From Paragordius varius (lineage: Eukaryota; Animalia; Nematomorpha): 64,000 bases of DNA. The DNA is taken from the NCBI GenBank assembly GCA_964247055.1, contig OZ176052.1, positions 7,130,001-7,194,000 on the forward strand. The letters run 5' to 3'. The translations under genes were made by a program, and so were the position numbers. Shown piece after piece: positions 28,201 to 39,259 of the stretch. The notes under the pieces were generated by a model. The model was not told where the DNA came from. It worked only from the letters and a program-made list of their open reading frames with translations, and ran no database searches. Position 1 is the stretch's first letter, and the number at the start of each line of letters is the position of its first letter.

Positions 28201-30530
28201 AAAACAGTTCAAATAATCGTGCCAACTTTAATATGTTTGGCTCGTAATGTATGATTGAATTTTGCGAAGAAAGCCCAAATAATTTAGTCAATATTTCATA
28301 ATGTGTTTGAGCAATCATAGAAACAGACATGTCTAAATTGTGTGTTGATACCATCAGGGTTGAATATTTTACATTAGATGTTTGCAGTGCATTATGGATT
28401 ATCGATGTGAACAGTTGATTAAATAACAGCAAAAGAGCGTTAAATGTGTTATTGCACCTCTAAACATAAAGATAAATAAAAACCATCAATGTAAATATTT
28501 CAATTTTATATGTCCAAATCGTATGTTTTAAAAGGGTTATATTCAGATTAATAATACTTAATTAATCCTTAAGATAGGTTAATAACTATTAGGTATAAAT
28601 TGAATAGGATAAGACTTTTTCCCTCAATGAAAACAATATATTTCTCTTTAGACTTTTAAAAAACGTTGTATAATTTATTTGCGCAATTATTTCGGTAAAA
28701 CTTCTCTTTTGACGTTTAAGCACTGCCACCATCATACTCTTTTTATATAATAATAAAAAATTACATTTGGTTTTATGGCAATTTGGTTGAATATATCTTC
28801 GATTTGAAAGGAAACAGTTTTAATATTTTCAAATGTTTGATTATTGTTCATATCGCATGAGCGTATATTGCTGATTAAAATGCATATTAAACGGTGACCT
28901 ATATAAAATATAATTTTACTTTCATGATAAAATAACTTTAGCAACTTTAAGAATTTATTACAATTTTCGCATATTCAATGATAAAAACACATTTAATATA
29001 TAACTTGACTTATTATCATTAAATGTACTATCGATTAAAAAAGGGATATAAGAGACAGGGTCTAATCTTAAAATATTTTAAATTATAAAAACACCTCAGT
29101 TAAACAAATTATAATTAAAACGAAACAATTACTTATAGAGTAAAACGGTGTAGTTTGGAAAAGTGCATCCATAAACTGTGGTAAAAACGTTACCAATTTC
29201 GGTGCCAAAAATGTTTTAAAAGAGTAAGTTATATCATCATCATCATTATTTTTTGGAAAAAGGGCATTTGGATTTAGATGATTTAAGAGATGATGTAATA
29301 ATAAATCAAGGTTTTGTAGCAAAATAGCGTTTATATGTCTATAAGTTTGAACTTTTTCATGTTCTTTCACATGAGATGGTTGGATGTGAGTCAATTTAAA
29401 CAATGATATGAATGCGGTTAAAATGTGCTCTACCACTGCATAATCTTCCAAAGCCTATAATAAATAATATATTTGGTTCATATTTATTTCAGAAATAATT
29501 TTTTGACAAACGCAAAATGTAAAAGAATTAATGTGATAATAAAAATATACTGTATTTTCGCAGCCATTTTACATATTAGTAGCAAACCTGATTTAGTGTT
29601 TGACAAAGTATCCGTTCATTTTTGTATTGTTCAATAAGCATTAGTTTTTGCTTAGGGTCCAACAGTTTATTGAGCCAATCCACACATTTAACACTCGTAC
29701 AATTATCGCTTTCTAGATTATAACCAACGTTTTATACAAGAGTCAATTCGATAAACAAAATTTAATCAATTATTTAAAAGTAAATTTTTACCAAAAATGT
29801 CAACTGTATCCAATGCCTTTTTGAATTTTTCATATCGTTTTTGTAATTCTTGTTTCTCACCAATATCATTCATCATTTCCATTTTTGCTACTGAAAATTT
29901 AGGGGGCAATTCAAATTTTGTGTTTTGAAGGGACGTGATAATCCTATAAAAATTATTATATATATATATATATATATATATACCATTTGCATTCAGAGTG
30001 TCCTTGAACACTTCAAGTTGGTCCTTGAACACTTCCTTTTTCAATTGGTCTTTGAACACTTCATGTTGGTTCTTTAACTTTTTTGTTTTTTTTTTACTTT
30101 TATCAATCAAATCGTAAATCATTCATCTATTTTATCGTTTTTAACCTATTTTCTATTATTTAACACATATTTTAAATCAATATCAACTTTTAATCATTGA
30201 GAAACCGTATATCTCTATTAATTTCTTAAAATTATTTTGGATATTATAAGATCTTAACAAAATATATAGGTTTTCTGGGTTATTATTTACAATTTTTATT
30301 AAAAACATTTAAAAGTTTATAACTTATTTAAATTGGAAAAAAAATTAATTTGGAACAAAAAAAGGGTTTTTAAATAAAAAATTTATTTTTAAATGAATAC
30401 ATATATAATAAATAAACAAAATTAGGCTAAAAAATAATAAAATAAAAAAATACATCAAAAAATTATGGTTAAATCAAAACAATTTTAAGGACCAACTTGA
30501 AGTGTTCAAAGACACTCTCAGGTGCAAATG

Positions 30531-30588
<58 letters not shown>

Positions 30589-33500
30589 TATATAATATAT
30601 AATGGAATGTTTTTTATTAAAGACAAACAAAAAAATATTGTAATAAAAAAGGAGTTTATGTTAAAAATCAAACGCGGAAAGTTAATTTATGCATTTTAAA
30701 TTTCATACTCCTTGTAAGTGGTATAATCAGATAAATGTTGATTTGGTGTTTTTATTATAGATTCAACATCTGGGCTACGATATTCATACCAAATATTTTG
30801 ACAAAGTATGGATTCTATGATATCTAGGTATTGTAAAATGGGAAGACTAGTGTCGCGACTGGGAAAACAGATTATTATTCCTTGAATAGTATTAATGTGC
30901 CATTTAGCCTAAAAAATTTATTATATACAAAATAAAGAGACAAAAAGACTAATACTTTTTTCAATAAATCTAAAGAATTTGATCCTAAATTCTTTTAATA
31001 TATGATAAATGAAATAATTGGATAATACACATAATTATTACGTTCAATTAACATTTCTTTAAGTTTTAAATATATGTTGTCTTTACAAAAAAAAATTAGT
31101 TTTTATATTCACATTTTATATATTTGCTATATAATACAAAATATTTAAATATTAAATAAAAATATTTTAACTAGGTTATTACCAATTTCACATTCTTGAT
31201 ATCTTGCCCTTTGAATTGATTGTCAATTTCATTTACCAGATGTTTGGCAAAATCGGGTTGATCGAAAAGGTTAAAAACAAGGTGATTGTGTTTTTTTAAT
31301 TTTTTTATATAATCTTTGAGTAACCATGGATTAGGTGAATCGAAATCTAAAATGATCATATAAAAAGGATTATTTTAAAAAATAAAAAAGTAATAATAAA
31401 TTTAATAAAAAAATAATTACCATATATAATGGGGTTTTGGGCAATACAAATCAGTAAACAATGATAAGTAACAATTTTTTTATCATTCATATCAAACCCT
31501 TCCGAATCGGTCAATGAAAGAAAAGAATTAAAAACTTTCTTCAGAAAGTTAATAAGATTGTTTGATGGTATCTAAATAAAAATTCAATTCAATAAAACGC
31601 ATTGCAAATTTGTGAAAAAATGGGATATATATATATATATATATGTTGATAGATGAAAATATAAAATTATATTATTAATATTGAATAATTTTTGAAACAC
31701 AATATGCGAATAATATTAATAACTTTTTTATTAAAATTGTTTTATTATCTGATCTTACATGTAATTCTAATTTGAAATATTCTACTCATAGTAAAACAAA
31801 AAATCAGCTTAAAAATTTATTCGCTAAAACAAAATAATATATTTACATTTATAAGCAATTTTTCATCATGGACCATTTTGACAAGAATCGAGAAAGTAAA
31901 TTCCAAAGACATCAAGATATTATCTAAAGAGGCCACAATCTGAAGATTTTTATGTAAGCAGGAGAGTGCATATGTTTGTATTCGAGTGTATGGTGAAAAT
32001 AAGGCCAGCGAACATATCATTTGAGCAAAAATAGGATTTCTAGAATATCACAATATATTTTATAATGTAAATTAAATTATAATAAAAATCATGCATTTAG
32101 ACGTTAAGGAACTTTAAATACTTTCATTCCATGATATTAATTTTGTAATGTAGGAATATGTAAATAAATATTGTATTTCAAATAATAATATTTATAATTG
32201 ATCTCATAATTGAAAATCATTACCTGGGTTTAATAGAAAAATTTACTAAGTAACATATATCCTGAGATACCAAAAAAAATATTCGATCATAAATTGTTTA
32301 AAAAAACATTTTTATAATTAATTAATCATTCATAATTATTAGACACAAATACAAGCAAGCAAAAATTACTGCGTTTAATAAATATAAGAAAAATATTATA
32401 TAGATTATTCAAAAAACTTTTCTCAATCAAAACTTTTTTGAGAACATTCATTTTCTTGCAACAAAACATACTTTGAAACACAATGATTATCGCTCAAAGT
32501 TAGGGTACAATGTCTCAAAATTAGGGAAAACCACGAGTATTGTTCAAAATTTAAGGGGCCAATTTGTATTGCACTATAATGCTTGCTTTTTCCAACCAAC
32601 AAAAAGAAATTTTGAGTTGCGGTTAAACCACCATTATCAGTAGACATACTATAAAGTGGTGATGTACCCATTACCAATGCCATATTATCTCGTTGAAGGT
32701 ATGCAAGCAATTTGGAAGCTTTAGAATCTTTACATAAAATATAGTATATCATCACAGTTCAAATTCACCCTTTTATAATTCAAATTCACCTTAAAAATAA
32801 ATTGTGTTTTTGAACTAATATAAATGATTATTAATATGAAAATATCTTTATGGCAGAGTTTATTTTTTTTTAGTATTGTTTAATTTAAAACAAAATTTTA
32901 TTTTTTAAAAAATATAGGTAATTTTTAATCTTAAAAAACATGTAATTTATTTGAGAGTGAATTTGAATTGTTCAAGGGTGAATTTGAATTTTAAATGGTA
33001 TATATTAAATTACCTTCAAGTCAAACGAAATTCGTTTCTAGTCAATCGATATGTTTATCCAATCAATCGAAATCATTCCAATTTAACATTGAGTAGAAAA
33101 ACGTTTCGATTGAATGAACAAATGTTTTCATTGACCAAGAAAAAAGTATCATCTCTTAATTTTCAGTCGTTGCGAAAAATTTGAAAAAAACAATCATAAA
33201 ATAAAATCCATACCGTATTTATATTGATTTGCATCAATTTGATCGAGCATATACAAAAGATTATCTATTAAACACTGAGTGTAATGAGTAGTATTTGTGC
33301 CAGTGAAGGTATTTTGCTTTATTAAATATTCGTGCAAAGTTTTTAGTTGAGATGTTATGTTGTGCACATTATTGTCACTGTTATGTTTTTTGTTCTGTAG
33401 CAAATTATAATAACCTAATAATACATATAAAATAATATTAATAACAAAAATAGTCAATAGTAGTTTATTATCATATTTGAAAAAAATATATATACCATAT

Positions 33501-34376
33501 ATTATAAAAGAGCAAATTTCAAGAGCCTTAGTTTTAACATTCAAATTAGATGCTGAAGACGGAACAAACGTAACATTTGTTATGTTTTCTTTTTTATGCT
33601 GAGTTTGGACTAATTTGGATTTTGATGGATTAGGTTTCGGGTTGGATTTATTAATCTTTTCCGTAATGCTTACAATATTTTTTTTATTATCTGGTAGAGA
33701 GGGTAAATGTCCAGATTTTTCTGTTTTAACGCCCAACAAATGGAAAATAAAGTTTAATTGGTCGCCCCAAAAACTAATATTGTTTTTCAAATATTCAACC
33801 ATGTCTGTATAATGCTGTTTTTGCGGTTTGCATTGATCTTCGGAGGCGGAATTGAATTCCAAAATTGTTGGAAAAAAGAGTAAATCACACAATATACCAT
33901 ACGATGTAAGCAAAGGGAGAACACAGTTTTCATTCGCTAATGTTTATGAAAATAAGGCATTACAGTCATACTTTTGATATGGATTTCGAAAGAAACTTAA
34001 AATATAAAAATTAATGTAATTATATTAAATGTGCAAATTTTAACCATTTTTTATTAAATATAAATGAAATATGTCAAATTGTGCTAATAATAAATATAAT
34101 TTATACCATTAAATTATACATTAATAAAATATTTATATATAAATTTTAATATATAATACTTTCGGATAATATTAATTCGCTGATAACACTCAAACATTTG
34201 ACTAAAATCAATTTTGGAACATGCATATCTGATGTTGGATTGTTATAAATGTTTAGGAGAAACAGCGTGGGATCCAAAATACAATCGGTAAGATAATCAC
34301 TTTTGACTTTTTGCGACCATGATTTATTTTCAGCTATCAAATATATAGAGAAATTTGAAATATTTTAATTATTGGT

Positions 34377-34424
<48 letters not shown>

Positions 34425-34517
34425 TGGATATAATCTATATATAATATCCAAATGCTAAATGTTTTTAACGAATTTTATGTAAAGACAAAATAAAATAAAA
34501 GAATTATATATATACAG

Positions 34518-34563
<46 letters not shown>

Positions 34564-37500
34564 CAAAGCACTTTTAAAAAATGGCCTCAATCAATTAAAA
34601 ACGTGACTGACCTCTAAAACCAAAAAGTTAACATTAAATTTCAAATACCCTTCATAAAACCAGACACAGTTTTTCTTTCATTAAAAAAATTAAGATGTCC
34701 TCAATAGATTATGTTAAACATCAACAGAAGTTATAACTGGAATTAATAAATAGTTCATAGAGTTTAGAATCTGTCCCAAAAAACATAGCTTAATTTTTGT
34801 ACTTAAATAGAATTTGCTTATAAATTTAATTACTGGTTATTTTAGATTATTATACCTCACATGCATGCCCAATTTACCACATAAAAAAACTCATGCTTTA
34901 AAAATTAGTGTGCATAAAATTATTCTATTTCAGGTAATTGTACGTATTTATATTATCTACAACTCCAATCCTTATGAAAATTCAAATAAATTGATTAAAG
35001 ATATAATTTATAAAATTTAAAAGACTAAAATAATTTTGTTTGTAAAATTTTAAGTTAAGAAAAGATATATACAATGTTACATAATATTATTTTCAGATTT
35101 TTTTATCATATACATATACTATCAAACAACAACTTTAATGATATATATCCAATTTTCACTAATGAACACAGAATTATTTAAACGAAAATATATATAAAAA
35201 TATATATCTAGGTCAAATGATATTAGTATATGGACAAAAAAAGAGGTTTTAATAAAAATAAATAATTTGGTAGTTTTGATCAAAAATATATTAAACTGTA
35301 AATTCCCTCCAATATATATAACGAGATTACAATAGATTCAAGAATATTTTTAAATGTTTCTAGTTACATAATAAAATTCATTAATTATTAATTATAAAAT
35401 TGTCTCAACTAATGTCAACGGATAAATCCAATTTACCTCCAATCATACCTTTTACAAGTGACAAAATAATTATTATATAGACTTTTTAATGTAAACAAAA
35501 GGTTATAGAATATTTAAACTACTGAATCAGTCAGCAGTTTTTTGTAGGTAAGAAATTACACTAGACATCATATTTTTCTGCCACTCGAGTTTTTTGCAAT
35601 TTCTGATATTTACAATCATTATAACAATAAATCTAAACTTAAAATTATATTTTTTCCAAGAATTTTTTATAAGATGATTATAATTGATTAGGCGCCTTCA
35701 TTATCAAATTTTTACTAAAGATATTCTTTGAAAATATACATTAAATGCCATTCGAATATATATGATTTGAAAGAGTAATATGAACAATATCAAATACACA
35801 CTAATATATTTTATATCAATGGTTAATATTGGACTTAGGAAGCGATAAACCCACGAAGCGAGAGCGTTTTTGTTAATAAAAAAAATAATGGATGTAAATA
35901 GTTTAAACTTTGTGTAGCTGGCAATGATAATAAGATAATTCAAAAAAGTTATTTATGATTAAAACACTTGTTTTTGTTTTGTGTAATTCAAAACACCATG
36001 GTTTTTCTGAAAATTACTATCTCATCAATACTAATTTTTTCTCTAAAAGGCTTATAGTAATATAATTCCAAAGATAGAAATGTTAAGATATTTTTTATAT
36101 TTATTCTGTAGTTATTTTACTGTTATAATTATGCATTTAAGTATCTGCGAGTTATATGCTAAAAATAATTTATATTTAAAAAGCTTCCCAAAAGCCTTTT
36201 CAAAGATTTTTTTAAATTTACCAATGTAACCCTAATCTTTAATAATCTATATGATTTTTAAATTCGTTTGTCTGAAAATTTCTGACTTTTAATTGAAAAT
36301 GTTGACCATATAAAGCCATTAAACCTTTACATCACATTGATTTATGACTAACTACCATTCGTAAAATTTTCTCTCTTTCGAATGATATAAAATACATGTC
36401 TCTATATTTAAAACTTTTAATTTTGAGAATTTCGACTTTAATGTCATATCGAACCAAAAATTTTCGATAAACCCTAATGAAAAAATTTAGGTGTTAGACC
36501 CATTTTTTCAGATATACTATTTACATACTTTAGAAATAATTAAATTTAAAAAGTTAAAAAAAGTCAAAATTTTTGGTTATTGTTATTAAATGTATAATCT
36601 GATAAAGTAAATTAGATTTTACATTAAAATATTTCACCATCTTTTATTCTTTCAAATTGTTTTAACATATCAAACACAATTAATCATTTGATTTTGTAGT
36701 AAAAAACTTTAAACATTTAATATCTATTTTCATGCCCATTTTAATCGTTCAATAATCTCATTACAAACTAAAATACTATATTCATTAATTTATAAATTAT
36801 TTAATTATAATTAGGTTTAAAAAGTAAAAGTTATAATAGTTCATATAATAATTAACATAGATTAACCCTATTTTAATCTTATGTATTCTTGATACTATTT
36901 TAAAAAATAACAGGAGAAAGTGTGAAATTTAAAAAAAATCACGTTAATTAATACCTTTGTAATGTGCGGATATGGCTTCGAAAAAATACAACGCGTTTTT
37001 CGATTTTTTTCCAATACTGGAAAATACTAAAATCGAATTAATCAGCCATTTAGTTTGTCGGTAAACCGATTCATTTTTGGATTGCAAATTGTCTATTAAG
37101 AAATGAAATAGGAGATATATAGAATGCAAACAATAAAAAAAATGTTTTACAAATTAACAAACCATAATTAAGACGTTGATATTTTCAATAAAGTATCATT
37201 AAAATTGTTAACATATATATTTATATAAATAAATGTTCATATTTATTATAGATACGTACTGGAAAACAATTCAAACATACTCCTAATATGTTGCTGAGAC
37301 GCAGAATTATTTTGTAAATATAAAAACAAAAATCCAAAATCTACATTTATAATTTTTTGGTACTATGTGTTAAAATTTCGGGATTTCTCAAAAATTCTCG
37401 TTTAATATTTGAATAGTTTTCATCTATAAGAGACACATCCGCCTTTATAAATAAATTTATGGTTTGAATCTATAAAAATAATTTAAACTAAACTAAGTTT

Positions 37501-38626
37501 TTATGGGTAAAGTGTTTTTTGTTAACTATAACGTTATCTAATGTCATATCGTCCTAATTTATATATAAATTTAACCATTTGTTTTAAAACTAAAATTTTC
37601 CGACAAATTTCCAGCATGTTATTAATTTTTTTCCTTCAATAAATCATACGTTAGCAAAATTATAATAACTTTTTTGTGATATATTTAATTCATTTTAATG
37701 AATGGCACAAAATTTTTAGCTATTGAAAACTAAAGCCCAGTGATTGGGAAAAATTAAAACCGGGATAGCATTCTTAGCTTTTTTATTTTCACGGTTTCTT
37801 GCCTAATTCTCAATATCTACATTAAAACCAAATAATAATATAATTTGCTTAAAGTTGATTTATTCTTTTGGTAAGTGAATTTTATACTTGAAATTCAGGT
37901 TAGATCTAGGACGGTTTTTATAATCATATTTAATCATTTTTAGACTTTTTTAAAAAGCATACAGTCAAATGCAGTTCGGGACCGTTTTTAAAGTTGACAC
38001 CCGCAAAAACAATATTAAAAATACCATATGTATTGTTATTGTTTGTTTCTTCAATTACTATTTCTAGTATATTAATAAAAATTTATTAAGGAAAAATTGC
38101 TTTCGAAAATTTACTACAAAAAACATTAGTGGTATAAGGGCAGTTTTTTTATAAAAATTTAAGGAACACAACACTGAAGTTTTGAAACCCTAACAAAAAC
38201 CAAAGCCAATCCTTATGAAATCCTTTTAATTATGATTCTACTATCTTTCCTTAAAAAATCTTAAATAAATTTTCACCCGTTTTTTTATATTTTAAATGAG
38301 GCCTAATGTGAAATAACCTGACCAGTCGGCCTTTATAAATGTAGTCACTATAAATTTTAATTTATCTTATAGTTTAAATAACACATTTATATTTGACTAA
38401 TAATCTTTATGATGGTTCAAGAATGGGACCAAGAAACAAGTTCTTAAAAAATTTCAGCCCACTCCGTTCTGTGGGTACAAAAAATATCGTCTCTTCCACT
38501 TGTGAAAGGACACCTACACGCTTCCGGCTCTGCTGTCCATGAAATTTTTTAGTTTTTCTAAAGTCCAAAGATGGCTCTTACTTTTCTCATACAGTCGATT
38601 GTTTTTATCGGAAATAATTGTATCAT
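25242..38626 (-). CDS. GCN1: GCN1 5' portion (N-terminal HEAT repeats), exon boundaries only partly resolved; tentative ATG at 38626
   Basis: GT/AG-bounded open segments on the minus strand continue upstream in frame-compatible series: ORFs 25887-26339, 26790-27059, 28178-28432, 28732-28944, 29083-29451, 29766-29947, 31171-31359, 31817-32020, 32423-32730, 33194-33913, 34146-34340, 36944-37129, and 38410-38555 (KKFHGQQSRKRVGVLSQV...FKNLFL, weakly like the GCN1 N-terminus). The sequence is much more divergent than the 3' block and the start codon is a guess. Confidence 0.65.
27363..27916 (+). mobile_element. Non-autonomous Helitron copy 1 (in a GCN1 intron)
   Basis: Inserted at A|T; 5' TCTATATATTTATAAAAATGG; 3' hairpin CTCGTGCTGC-GTA-GCAGCGCGAG ending ~8 nt before the terminal CTAG; no TSD; high similarity to 45601-46194. 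Confidence 0.85.
29983..30531. mobile_element. Foldback MITE family F2 inserted in a (TA)n tract within a GCN1 intron
   Basis: TIR CCATTTGCA(TTC/CCT)..GAGTGTC(C/T)TTGAACACTTCAAGTTGGTCC; 21-bp subrepeats CACTTCAAGTTGGTCCTTGAA; (TA)n on both flanks. Confidence 0.8.
30532..30600. repeat. (TA)n microsatellite; others at ~703-722, 23637-23662, 29958-29982, 34381-34417, 34530-34558, 53435-53484
   Basis: Directly visible dinucleotide runs. Confidence 0.95.
32748..32998. mobile_element. Foldback MITE family F1 copy 2, opposite orientation to 4024-4330, in a GCN1 intron
   Basis: CAGTTCAAATTCACCCTTTTATAATTCAAATTCACC...GTGAATTTGAATTGTTCAAGGGTGAATTTGAATTTTAAATGG|TA; the internal part aligns with the reverse complement of the 4024-4330 copy. 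Confidence 0.8.
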
Positions 38627-39259
38627 TTATAAGAAAAAGCCTTTATTTTGAGGGACACATATTTGCATTTTATTTGAGATTCTCCTATTTTTAGTGCTTT
38701 AAATAAAAGATGGGAAAACTTATATTTGGGTCCCTTTATCTATACGCAACACATTAAACTATAATATGAGAAGAGTAGCTCGTCAATATGGTTGTTGTGT
38801 TATACAAACGAATGAGATATTATCATGGTTGTAAAGAAGGATATTTTAGATAAGACTTAGGAATATATTTCCACAAACAAAAGACTTGAGTTAATTAAAG
38901 ACACTATTTATGTTGACAATCCCACCATTATTATTCCAACATCTACTATATTGAAAACATGGGGGACACGAAAAACACCCACCCTGATTAAATAATTTAG
39001 TCAACATTAATATCGCTTAAATTCTGATTTAATAAAAATTATTTTTGAAAATGAGCTGTTCGTTTAAATTGGAAGGAAATAAGCCATATCAACTACAAAA
39101 CTCTAGTTTATAAAACAATTTCAAAATGTAATAATCATAAAATAAAAAAGGTAATGAAGTATGTATATATAATATTTTAGCAGCAATTGCCCAAAAAATG
39201 TTATAAACTACTAATAAATGCAAACAACATATGACAATTACATAGAGTAAGGTAGACTG
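38627..39259. promoter_or_regulatory. Putative divergent (bidirectional) promoter region between GCN1 and the PAP2-family gene
   Basis: ~630 bp separate the inferred start codons of two oppositely oriented genes. No specific motif was identified; this is inferred from geometry only. Confidence 0.4.

Noticed and set aside
29948-30122. Repetitive N-terminal half of ORF 29766-30122 (HEVFKDQLKKEVFKDQLEVFKDTL) that looks like a peptide repeat in GCN1
   Set aside because: It is read-through of the 21-bp repeats of the F2 MITE and a (TA)n tract inside an intron; the true exon starts at the acceptor near 29947.
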